The position numbers and the translations under genes were made by a program. From the IMG/VR virus record IMGVR_UViG_3300012933_000331, positions 1-38,069 of that record: a DNA stretch of 38,069 bases. One strand, written 5' to 3'. A model generated the notes under the pieces. That model had not been told where the DNA came from. It searched no databases and saw only the letters and a list, made by a program, of their open reading frames with translations. The stretch's first letter is position 1, and the number at the start of each line of letters is the position of its first letter. Below are positions 29,374-38,069 of the stretch, piece after piece. This DNA comes from a virus (Duplodnaviria; Heunggongvirae; Uroviricota; Caudoviricetes).

Positions 29374-31812
29374 TTATGCCTTTGTTTTATACCTAATTAC
29401 TGTTTTCTTACTCACAGTATAGTTATTATTTATATAACTAGAATCAAATGTTCTAGTAAAAATAGTTTGGTCATCAGTGATAACTACAGGCCCGGTCCCA
29501 AAGGCGGAGAAATCCTTTACAGAGTAACTATCGGTTATTTTACTTGCTAGCTGCCAGCTTCCACTGACATTTCTAAATACAAATATAGTTCCGCCATAGG
29601 TACTTAGGTTAGTGTTCATAGCCTCGGCGGTAATAGCTATAACATTACCGTCGCTGGTTAAGGATATGTTTTTACCAAAATAAGCACTAGTCTGTAAAGG
29701 GCTAGGGCGTAGAATGGTATAACTACTACTATTCATATAATCTGGGAATATGTATACTCCTCCTTCTGAATAGGTATATGGGGTTGGAGAAGGTGTAGTG
29801 CTATAAGTGTGCGCACCTACTGCCAAGATTCCGCTATCGGTTATTGCAACACTAGACCCGAATCCAGTGGTGCCTGCACCAAATATAGTATATTTTTTCT
29901 CGGTCCAGCCAGTTCCAGCAGTATATCCATATACGAATACACTACCACCCTGAGTATATCCACGATCGCACCCTACTGCAAGTAAGTTTCCGTCAGGACT
30001 GAAGCTAAGTACTTTTCCGAATATTTGTGGTATAACATTACCAGTAATTAGTGTAGCTGATACTCCCCAGCCCGTACTTTCTTCAAGTATATAAACGGCC
30101 CCCATATTGGTACCATTTACGTTGTCGTTGTTTGGAGCACCTACTGCTATTCTAGTTCCTGCGGAATTTATATCAACAGCCCAACCAAACTGATCGCCAA
30201 ATGCCAAGCTATTTGGGTGACCTATTTTATTTTCCGACCAAGATGTTCCACTTGTGTATGTATACACAACTATGCCACCCCTATTGGAAACCGTGCCTCT
30301 TGACCCTACAACAAATCTTGTTCCATTACCATTAATAGCTATTGAAGTACCGAAAAGGTCATTAGCAGCTACAGACCGTATAGTAGTATTGTATGTCCAG
30401 GAAGTCCCAATCTTTTTATAAACGTCAACTGCGTAATTGGCGCTGTCAGTAGTGTTTAGTTGCACCATGGTACTACCATCTGCACTCACATCCATGGTTT
30501 TTCTCATGTCTATGGTTTCACTAGTCTGGGAGGTATACGCGGGCACTACCGGTATCTCTAAACCATTTATCCAGTTAGCACTGTCTGTTCCGGTATATCC
30601 GGTAAACACGTAAGCTTCTCCGGAATTTATATTAGAACTATCTATATCTGCATAACTGCTGGACGCCAGTAATGTATTTCCTTCTGCACTTAAGCTAACA
30701 CTTTCCCCTACTTGCACGTTACCAATAGCTGATACGTATTTTGCCGATATATTAGAAGTATAAATCCAGCTACCCAGTATGTATTTATAAATATACACTG
30801 TACCACGATTACTATTCTCATAAGGCGTACCAACGGCTAAAGTTTTTCCGTCTGCAGTTATAGCAACGCTAAATCCGAACTTGTACGCTCCGCTTCTTTG
30901 TATTACGGTTGGTGCGGACCATGTAGTAGTGCTACCCGAAGTACGTGTATATACGTATACTTTGTCATTATTAGGTATCCCTACTACCATTGTTCTGCCA
31001 TCGGCAGAAATACAAACAGAATCTCCAAAACCGTCGAGTGTTATATTTGTACTAAATCTAGTTGGTGTCCACGTAGAGGCTCCATCGTATTGGAAATGAT
31101 GAACACTTGAATAGTAGTTTGGACTTGTTCCTACTGATGCGCCAGAAATTATGCTATCTCCGTCCGCATTAACAGCTACAGATATACCTAGTTGTATATC
31201 TGCACTGGTAGTACCTTGTAGACGTGTAGAAGACCATGCAGTAGGAGAAGTTTGTCTAAACACATATACACTACCTGCATTAGTTCCTAGACTGTTGTCG
31301 TCAGATGGGGCTCCAACAACTACAGTAGTGCCTAGTGCACTTATAGCCACTGAAAATCCAAATAGGTCACTATTTAACCTATCTGAGGCAACAAATACTT
31401 GGGACAATGTCCAGGTAAGGGCATTAGTGTCTTGTTTGTATAGATGAACAGTACCGTTATCTGAGTAAGTAGCTGTTTGGTCGTAAGGCGCACCTACTAC
31501 TAAACTAGTGCCACTAGCATCAAATGCCAAACTATACCCTAGCCGGTCGTTTGTCTCTGGGCTGGAAATATTTAGTTTAGCCTGCTGAACCCATGAACTT
31601 CCGGAACGTGTAAATATGTACACAACACCGGCATCGACTACGGTTCCAACATCTTTGTTATAGGCTGAAATTGCTAGCTTATTACCGTCCGGACTTATAC
31701 AAGTCCGGAAACCAAATCGATCTCCGGCTAGTATGTCACCAGGAAGTATTGTTGTTATTTCTGTTAGGTCAATATTTTGTGCAGCACCCATTAGTAAATC
31801 ACGTACTGTCAT
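29374..31812 (-). CDS. FG-GAP repeat (integrin-alpha-like) double beta-propeller protein
   Basis: 14 repeats of D-x-FG-x-SV-x-I-x-x-DG-x-x-L-x-VGA...G-x-VYVF; no signal peptide; located in the tail operon. Confidence 0.85.
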   Translation of the reverse strand: MTVRDLLMGAAQNIDLTEITTILPGDILAGDRFGFRTCISPDGNKLAISAYNKDVGTVVDAGVVYIFTRSGSSWVQQAKLNISSPETNDRLGYSLAFDASGTSLVVGAPYDQTATYSDNGTVHLYKQDTNALTWTLSQVFVASDRLNSDLFGFSVAISALGTTVVVGAPSDDNSLGTNAGSVYVFRQTSPTAWSSTRLQGTTSADIQLGISVAVNADGDSIISGASVGTSPNYYSSVHHFQYDGASTWTPTRFSTNITLDGFGDSVCISADGRTMVVGIPNNDKVYVYTRTSGSTTTWSAPTVIQRSGAYKFGFSVAITADGKTLAVGTPYENSNRGTVYIYKYILGSWIYTSNISAKYVSAIGNVQVGESVSLSAEGNTLLASSSYADIDSSNINSGEAYVFTGYTGTDSANWINGLEIPVVPAYTSQTSETIDMRKTMDVSADGSTMVQLNTTDSANYAVDVYKKIGTSWTYNTTIRSVAANDLFGTSIAINGNGTRFVVGSRGTVSNRGGIVVYTYTSGTSWSENKIGHPNSLAFGDQFGWAVDINSAGTRIAVGAPNNDNVNGTNMGAVYILEESTGWGVSATLITGNVIPQIFGKVLSFSPDGNLLAVGCDRGYTQGGSVFVYGYTAGTGWTEKKYTIFGAGTTGFGSSVAITDSGILAVGAHTYSTTPSPTPYTYSEGGVYIFPDYMNSSSYTILRPSPLQTSAYFGKNISLTSDGNVIAITAEAMNTNLSTYGGTIFVFRNVSGSWQLASKITDSYSVKDFSAFGTGPVVITDDQTIFTRTFDSSYINNNYTVSKKTVIRYKTKA

Positions 31813-32783
31813 TTAACATCCTTTGCTAGGAACAGGCCTGTCCAGGTAGTGCCTGCATCATGAGTGTAAAACCCTAGCACATCCCTACCTGAAGTAGTTA
31901 GTATAGGGGCTACCCCATTTTGCCATTTTACACCACTAAACCAATTAATAACAGCCGTAGCACCGTTAGTTAATTCTAATATGAAAGAACTGCTTGTGCC
32001 AGATGCTGGAATATTAGATACCGTAAAGGTAACTGTACTAGAAATAGTTTTAGTGAAATAGTTACCTGAGTTTAAGTCTATATCATTAGCTGACATAGCA
32101 ACTTTAACTTCACGAGTACCTTGAATAGTTTTGTTTGTTAGTGTTTGTGTAGAGGTTAGGTAAACTCCGTTTGTAACAGTGGTAGCATTAGTTGCTGTTG
32201 CGGCATTACCACTAATACTACCTACTATTGTTGAGCTAAAAGTTTTAGACCCTGCAACAGTTTGTGTGGATGTTAAATCTACTGCGCTGGCACTTATGTT
32301 GGCAGCAGTGATTATTTTAGAAGCACTGCCGCCAGTTGGTGTAATAAATAAGTCTGTGGTAGTATTATTAGTATCTAACCTAACTGCAAAATTAGTACCA
32401 CTATTGCTAGTGTTACTAAAATCTAGGTATCTACCAATATTACTCACACCATCTGTACCTATTCGTGGAATACTACCCCATACAGGACCGTTATCTCCAC
32501 TGGCTAACGCTAACCCTCCCAAGGTAGTAGCATTAGCGGCAGTACCGCTAATGCTAATTGCGTAAGTACTGGTTAAGTCTACCCAATCAGGTGTGGGCAA
32601 TGTACTATCCCAACGCTGCCACTTATTAGAAGCAGCTACCCACCGTATATAGCCGTTTAAGGGATTTGTTACTGATGTAAGAACTGGTTCAAGCCCACGA
32701 GCTATATCATCAAGTCTACTATCTAAGTTACCTAAAAAGTTAACATAGGTACTCGATAGTTGAGGTAAACTGTGATCTGCCAT
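31809..32783 (-). CDS. Tail fibre protein
   Basis: ISGTAANATT and ISGNAATAT shaft motifs, QTLTNKTI, C-terminal domain IDLNSGNYFTKTISS...VKWQNGVAPILTTSGRDVLGFYTHDAGTTWTG. Confidence 0.8.
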   Translation of the reverse strand: MADHSLPQLSSTYVNFLGNLDSRLDDIARGLEPVLTSVTNPLNGYIRWVAASNKWQRWDSTLPTPDWVDLTSTYAISISGTAANATTLGGLALASGDNGPVWGSIPRIGTDGVSNIGRYLDFSNTSNSGTNFAVRLDTNNTTTDLFITPTGGSASKIITAANISASAVDLTSTQTVAGSKTFSSTIVGSISGNAATATNATTVTNGVYLTSTQTLTNKTIQGTREVKVAMSANDIDLNSGNYFTKTISSTVTFTVSNIPASGTSSSFILELTNGATAVINWFSGVKWQNGVAPILTTSGRDVLGFYTHDAGTTWTGLFLAKDVK

Positions 32784-32784
32784 A

Positions 32785-35700
32785 TTAATATCCTCTGATT
32801 AAATAAGAAACGGGGGCAGTCACTGCCTGTCCATTTTGTGGATTAAGTGCATATACTACCAAACTATTAGGATAGGCAGTTACATTTCCGCTAGTATTTG
32901 CGGTAACCAAAGCAAAAGTAAAAGTACTTGCTGTTGGCGTAGAAGTTATTATATATCTACCACTAGGGGCGGTTCCCGATGTGAAATATACCTTAACCAG
33001 TTGACCTGTTACTAATCCGTGTGCAGTACTGCCAGGAAGAGTTATTGTACATACGTTGCCAACTACTGCATAAGTACAGTACCTTACAACATCTTTGAAA
33101 TCATATACAGTATTTACAGCTGTGTTGCCACCTGCTGTTAGAGTAATGGAGCTGATATCAATAAACTCTTTAGTAAGGTTTAAGATCGTGGATCCGGTTA
33201 CGGTTATGTTATTTGCTTCTGTTATCTGCTTGGAACTTAGTTTTAAGTAGATACTACTTACGCTGTATATGCTTCCAGCAGTAACTTGCGTTAGAGTTAC
33301 CACTACCTTAACAAACCTAAAGTTTGTGGCAAACCCACTGGTTAGTGTATACGCATCACCGGCAGCTGCTTTTGTGTATAGCTGTACAACTCTGGTACAA
33401 TTACCTACTAAGTTTGTTCCAAGTACAGTTACATCTATTTGACTACTTCCAATAATATTAACAAAGTCAATTTCTTCTGTGTAGCTACCGCTAGATATAC
33501 CCGGCTGGATATAGTACGGATATCCTGCTGCAACCTGTGAGCTTGGACCTACCCAGTCTGGATTTGGAGCAGTAAAGTGCTCTTCATACGTTTCAGTAGT
33601 ATTAACTGGTAATAGTAGTTCGCCGTCATACTTCTTAGAGTTTACATATGAACTAACCACATTTGTTTTGCTTTCAAAGCTAGAAATATGATCACCATAG
33701 AAAACAAAGTCAGGAGGTTGCGCTACGTTTACGGCTTTAGATACATACTCAGAAGTACGGTTATCTGTGTCAACAGCAGCAACATAGTAAACATACTCGC
33801 CAGCTACTAACTCGCTAAAACTTGTAAACTCGCCACTTTTAGTACCAACGACTTCTGCTGTTTCCCATGTTCCGGCAGTGTCGCTACGCTTGATTAAGGC
33901 ATGGGCAACAGGTAGACTAGTACGTTCAGGATTTTTCCAATACAGTAGTACGTTATTATCAATAACTTGTACACGGAAGTCAGTTACTGGGCTAGGAGCT
34001 ACTTTATCTATAGACTTGGTAAATCCACTACTAGATTTCGTCAGTAAGTCTATTACTTTTACTGTAAAAGCTCTAGTTCCCAACCAGTTAGCCGGTACTG
34101 TTACCTGTGTAGAGTTTACTCGTACTGACGTACCAGCATACTCTAGTAAGTATGCACTAACTCCGAATTTGCTTGTTACTACAGGGCTCCAACTTAGGGT
34201 TACAGTTGCTTCCGTTAAGCTACTAGCACTATAGTTTGCAGTAATATCTGTGATATTAGGCAGCTGTGGGTAAGTATAACTAATCGCCAATGCTTGAGTG
34301 CTGTAGTTACCTGCGTAATCAACAGCTTTTACATACCAAGTATCAGTAATGCCTGGTCCAGATAGTTCAACAGGTAGTTCAGTGGTTAGCCCACGGAATA
34401 GGTGTTGCTCGTCACCCCAGTTTGCGTCAGTATCGCGAACTTCATAGTACTGAATATCTACCTCGGCATTATCATTCCAGACTAATTTTAAGCCACCTTG
34501 TAACTCTGTGTACCCTAAACCATTAAGCGCTACAGTAGCAGGAGGATTTGTTTTACCAACTACTCCATAAACATACCAATCAGTCCAAGGACCAACTTTA
34601 CCAGATTTAGTTTCATAACGTAGTCTAAAGCGATAAGCCTCTAGCTCTACTAAATTAGTAAAATCTACGGAACCGGATGTAACCGGTACTTTAACGGTTA
34701 TTGTACCACTAGCGTCCGGATTATTTGCAGGATAAATTTCAGCTGCGATACTTGATACATCATTAGACAGTTTTGCAGGGTTTTCAAAGGGTATTTTCAT
34801 ACGATACTCAAAAACACCTGGACTAATTACTCGCATTACTCGCTCGTCGCTTATGAACTTTGTCGAATCTAATATAGGCTTTATATTTCCTACTTGATTA
34901 AGCAGCTCTGGAACTTTTGTTGTTTGCGATTCGAAAATAGTACTAGAAGTTATAGTGTCGCTGCTATAATCTGTAAAAATATTATAGCTACTAGTAACTC
35001 CGTAATCTACCATAGTTATTCTAGCTGACTTACCGCTTGTTGGTTCAATAGTTGTTACTATTAAATCTTGTGACTCATTACCGTACTCACCAAATAAAAA
35101 TAAGTCCGTGTTAGCAACCAACGAGGTTGGTTGAGAAATTACAACTCTACCATATCTTTCTGTTACCAGCTTAACCAGTCCGTTAGTGCTTGTTAAATTA
35201 GTGTTAGCGGAGTCTAACACGTCAAATGTAAATCCAACAGGTAAACCGGAGCTTAGTATAACACCCTTGACTTCACCAATAGTACGGTTAAGCACCGTAG
35301 CAAGACTATCAGTAATAGTGGCCATATCTCCGGCCTGGAGTGAGTGATTTTGCTGAGTATAAACGCTTATAGTATTTCCAGCTTGTGAATAAGCAGAAAT
35401 AGTAAACTGACTTAATACTTGATGCTCGCTACTTTGGCCAGTACTAGAATTACGAACGCGTATTGCATTTTGTACACTTGGATTTATTAATACAGGCTCA
35501 TCTAAGTCAAAAATACTCAGACTGTTACTGCTGATTCCATAAGTATTCTTTATACGACCACTGCCTGCACCCCATTGAGGTACCCAGTGTGTTAACTTAA
35601 CCCGATCACCACGATTACATACAATATACTCAATATCTGTATTTATTGTGTATATTTCAGGGCGTAATTTGATTTGAGCTAAGTGCCACTTTGCATGACT

Positions 35701-38067
35701 TACAGCCTCGCCGGTACTAGTTATACCTGGTAATGATATGGCCTCTAGTAGTTGTGCATTGGATGCATCTTTACCAGTATATGCCACAATAATTTCTTTT
35801 TGTACATAATCGCTATTGCGGTCATTAAATTGCACTTTTAGTGCGTCCGGCATACGTGGCAGTAGTTTTGAAGCCTCAAAACCCCAGCTGTTGTGTGGGC
35901 TAAAATGCTGTACAATAGTAGATTTTGGCTCATCAATAACCACCGACCATTTACCATCCGACATAGCAGGGCTTCCACGTCCTGCACTGGCTATTTCACG
36001 CAACGTATCCATTACACTGCGTTGTTGTCCAGCTATAATACTATTATACTCTAATTTGTATGAGTAGGCGGTGCCGTTATATGTTACTGTGCGTTGTGTA
36101 TTACAATACTCGTGCCAGTGCTGTAGTTGAACTAAGTCTAAGTCGCTGTCGTCAAGTGGTTGAGGGTTAGCTGGGTGCTGCAGTACATACCTGTACAGTG
36201 AGGCGGGGTTACTAGTGCCACGGTTTACCCAAGTTTGTGAAATACTGTCCCAATCTTTGCAGTAAGTTTGTACAACTGCGTTAATACCATCAACTTGGCC
36301 ATTTACTTCATCTGTGGCTTTTAATGTAAGCGCAGTTTTGGCGATTTTTACACCGCTAGGGTCAACAGCTGGAGTAGCATTACGAATTGATGTAACAGAT
36401 TGTATAATAGCAGTGTGTGTATATCTGTATCCACCGGGCTCCTGATCACTGCCAGTAGTTCGACGAACTCTCACAGACACTAAATCATTCTCAGCCCAGC
36501 GTGGGGATGAGTCTAGTCGGTTTAGGGTAACTGTCCAAGTAAACCCGTCCGGAATCATTGTGCCAGACAAAACTTCGTTTTGTGTTGCAGAAATAGTTTC
36601 TGTGATAGTACCCCAATATTGATAAGAGTTATCTCCATAGCCTTCGTTAATCAGCCCCTCGTAAGAGTTTTGATACGAATAGGTTTGGGCAGAAACTTTG
36701 CCGCCAACAGTGTAGTGGCCTGGACCGGCATCTATTGCAGTACTACCTGGCCAAGGTGTCCATGCTCCACTACCTACTTTGTATTGTAGCTCTAAACCAA
36801 CTGGAGCGGTATACTCATTTCCGGCACCGTCTCCGTCTATTTTAGTACTGCGTAGTCCTTGTGGAAAGTTAATGCTAACAGAAATTTTGTCACTTGGCTG
36901 TGTAAATCCATACTCTGACCAACCAGTATCTGCGGTAGGTCGTGGTTGTGGTGTCCAGCGCATACCTCCAAAGTAGCTAGCACCGGTTGGAGGTAGTCCA
37001 TCATATGTTAAGGTTAAGTTAGGGAAGTCCTGTTGTATGTCTGTGCCATAGATACCGTTAAAACGACTTAACATGTCAGCGGTTGGCTCACTAATGCGAT
37101 CAAGTGTAACCTGAACAGCGCTGTCATAGTTTTGACCAGTAATACTTCCACTATTATCCAAGTTATAATAACCTATTTGTCCTATACGTAAAGTAGCTTG
37201 ATCTATGACCAGTGGACCATAACCCCATATCAGTAGCATGTCTACATAGGTGTCGCTGCCTGCTACACCACCACTACTGGAGTTACCGCTACCGTTTAAA
37301 ATAGAATCATCACTGCCAAAACGCACATTATTATATGCACCAAGCGGTGGCGTCATACGAGTTTTACCAAGCACAACTGGTATTGAACCCCACTGAGAAA
37401 GTGGATTGTTGGCACCATTAATAAACTTTTGCGACTCAGACGGAGTTGCTGATGGTGCAACTGGCTGTTCTGGTATTGGGGCTATTGCGTTGATTATCAA
37501 CGAACCTGCCATCATAACACCTGCAGTAGCAAGTCCTGCTGTAAACCCGCCTACAGTGGCTACGTTAGCAGCAATTGAAGTACCAAAACCTCCTGCTAAG
37601 CTCATAAAACCGTTTGCTAAATACGGTGCAGCAATAGATAGTGCAATAATAGCAAACATTCTAAAAACACCGCTGTCTCCAGCTACCGCACGGAACTCAA
37701 GTGAGTCTCCTTGGCTTACACGAGTACTTGCCCACTGCGGATAAAAAACTGGCTTAGAGTTAAGTAAAAAGATTGAGCGTTCTAGAGTTTTTTGCGATAT
37801 ATTTTCTTCGGTTTTTAACCATTCTCCTAAAAACTCTAAACTAGTTCCAGTAATCACTGGTATAACTATTGGTTTTGATTTTAGTGGGTTTGGTAAAGCT
37901 ACCAGAGTATTAGCAGGTTGTTGCTGCGTATACTTGAAATACCCAACCAATCTATTTTTCCATAAACGTGACTCTACCGACTCTACAACCGAATCGACAC
38001 CTTCTCGAATATGCAGAAACTTATTTTCACCAATGTAGACACCAACGTGTGTTTCTGTGCCAAGCAT
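32785..38067 (-). CDS. Tail tip / central fibre protein: lambda gpK(NlpC/P60)-gpI-gpJ-like fusion with FN3-like repeats; 5' end probably beyond the window
   Basis: N-terminal HVGVYIGENKFLH (NlpC/P60 His region), ubiquitin-like segment ending RVSQGDSLEFRAV, hydrophobic gpI-like stretch, IPVVLGKTR, ISVSINFPQGL, SNPA, putative phage tail domain (RGDRVKLTH), FN3-like units. The frame is open to the window edge. Confidence 0.85.
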   Translation of the reverse strand: MLGTETHVGVYIGENKFLHIREGVDSVVESVESRLWKNRLVGYFKYTQQQPANTLVALPNPLKSKPIVIPVITGTSLEFLGEWLKTEENISQKTLERSIFLLNSKPVFYPQWASTRVSQGDSLEFRAVAGDSGVFRMFAIIALSIAAPYLANGFMSLAGGFGTSIAANVATVGGFTAGLATAGVMMAGSLIINAIAPIPEQPVAPSATPSESQKFINGANNPLSQWGSIPVVLGKTRMTPPLGAYNNVRFGSDDSILNGSGNSSSGGVAGSDTYVDMLLIWGYGPLVIDQATLRIGQIGYYNLDNSGSITGQNYDSAVQVTLDRISEPTADMLSRFNGIYGTDIQQDFPNLTLTYDGLPPTGASYFGGMRWTPQPRPTADTGWSEYGFTQPSDKISVSINFPQGLRSTKIDGDGAGNEYTAPVGLELQYKVGSGAWTPWPGSTAIDAGPGHYTVGGKVSAQTYSYQNSYEGLINEGYGDNSYQYWGTITETISATQNEVLSGTMIPDGFTWTVTLNRLDSSPRWAENDLVSVRVRRTTGSDQEPGGYRYTHTAIIQSVTSIRNATPAVDPSGVKIAKTALTLKATDEVNGQVDGINAVVQTYCKDWDSISQTWVNRGTSNPASLYRYVLQHPANPQPLDDSDLDLVQLQHWHEYCNTQRTVTYNGTAYSYKLEYNSIIAGQQRSVMDTLREIASAGRGSPAMSDGKWSVVIDEPKSTIVQHFSPHNSWGFEASKLLPRMPDALKVQFNDRNSDYVQKEIIVAYTGKDASNAQLLEAISLPGITSTGEAVSHAKWHLAQIKLRPEIYTINTDIEYIVCNRGDRVKLTHWVPQWGAGSGRIKNTYGISSNSLSIFDLDEPVLINPSVQNAIRVRNSSTGQSSEHQVLSQFTISAYSQAGNTISVYTQQNHSLQAGDMATITDSLATVLNRTIGEVKGVILSSGLPVGFTFDVLDSANTNLTSTNGLVKLVTERYGRVVISQPTSLVANTDLFLFGEYGNESQDLIVTTIEPTSGKSARITMVDYGVTSSYNIFTDYSSDTITSSTIFESQTTKVPELLNQVGNIKPILDSTKFISDERVMRVISPGVFEYRMKIPFENPAKLSNDVSSIAAEIYPANNPDASGTITVKVPVTSGSVDFTNLVELEAYRFRLRYETKSGKVGPWTDWYVYGVVGKTNPPATVALNGLGYTELQGGLKLVWNDNAEVDIQYYEVRDTDANWGDEQHLFRGLTTELPVELSGPGITDTWYVKAVDYAGNYSTQALAISYTYPQLPNITDITANYSASSLTEATVTLSWSPVVTSKFGVSAYLLEYAGTSVRVNSTQVTVPANWLGTRAFTVKVIDLLTKSSSGFTKSIDKVAPSPVTDFRVQVIDNNVLLYWKNPERTSLPVAHALIKRSDTAGTWETAEVVGTKSGEFTSFSELVAGEYVYYVAAVDTDNRTSEYVSKAVNVAQPPDFVFYGDHISSFESKTNVVSSYVNSKKYDGELLLPVNTTETYEEHFTAPNPDWVGPSSQVAAGYPYYIQPGISSGSYTEEIDFVNIIGSSQIDVTVLGTNLVGNCTRVVQLYTKAAAGDAYTLTSGFATNFRFVKVVVTLTQVTAGSIYSVSSIYLKLSSKQITEANNITVTGSTILNLTKEFIDISSITLTAGGNTAVNTVYDFKDVVRYCTYAVVGNVCTITLPGSTAHGLVTGQLVKVYFTSGTAPSGRYIITSTPTASTFTFALVTANTSGNVTAYPNSLVVYALNPQNGQAVTAPVSYLIRGY

Positions 38068-38069
38068 CT

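Noticed and set aside
25332-32783. Diversity-generating retroelement acting on tail fibres
   Set aside because: No reverse transcriptase in the window and no near-identical 100-150 bp repeat pair differing at adenines noticed by eye; a self-BLASTN of the whole genome would settle it.
1-38069. tRNA, rRNA, CRISPR array, integrase or transposase
   Set aside because: None recognisable; intergenic gaps are short and accounted for by promoters, terminators, one leader and one relic.

Overview
A 38 kb segment of a tailed dsDNA phage genome with a T5-like replication module, organised as two convergent arms. The + strand (1-10640) carries the T5-type order: DNA polymerase C-terminus, conserved ORF, D10 helicase, ORF, D11, D12/D13 (SbcD/SbcC-like), D14, D15 flap endonuclease and dUTPase. 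A glutaredoxin is wedged between D12 and D13, and a class II (B12-dependent) ribonucleotide reductase is appended. The arms meet at two bidirectional terminators that enclose what looks like the 3' relic of a Dps/ferritin-like gene, too short for the ORF track. The - strand (38067-10867) is a late module: a K-I-J-like fused tail-tip protein cut by the window edge, several tail fibre/adaptor proteins, a 14-blade FG-GAP propeller protein, a 2539-aa modular Ser/Thr/Gly-rich beta-helix-like protein, spanins and a GH19 endolysin. Directly after the endolysin come nine genes that all encode signal-peptide or membrane proteins, with paired cysteines in every exported domain, followed by phoH and one conserved hypothetical gene. 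The nine-gene envelope cluster (pilin-like subunit, chaperone-like Ig protein, candidate beta-hairpin pore subunit, membrane-anchored coiled coil) is the best candidate for an undescribed system. All family assignments come from motif recognition by eye; no database search was run.
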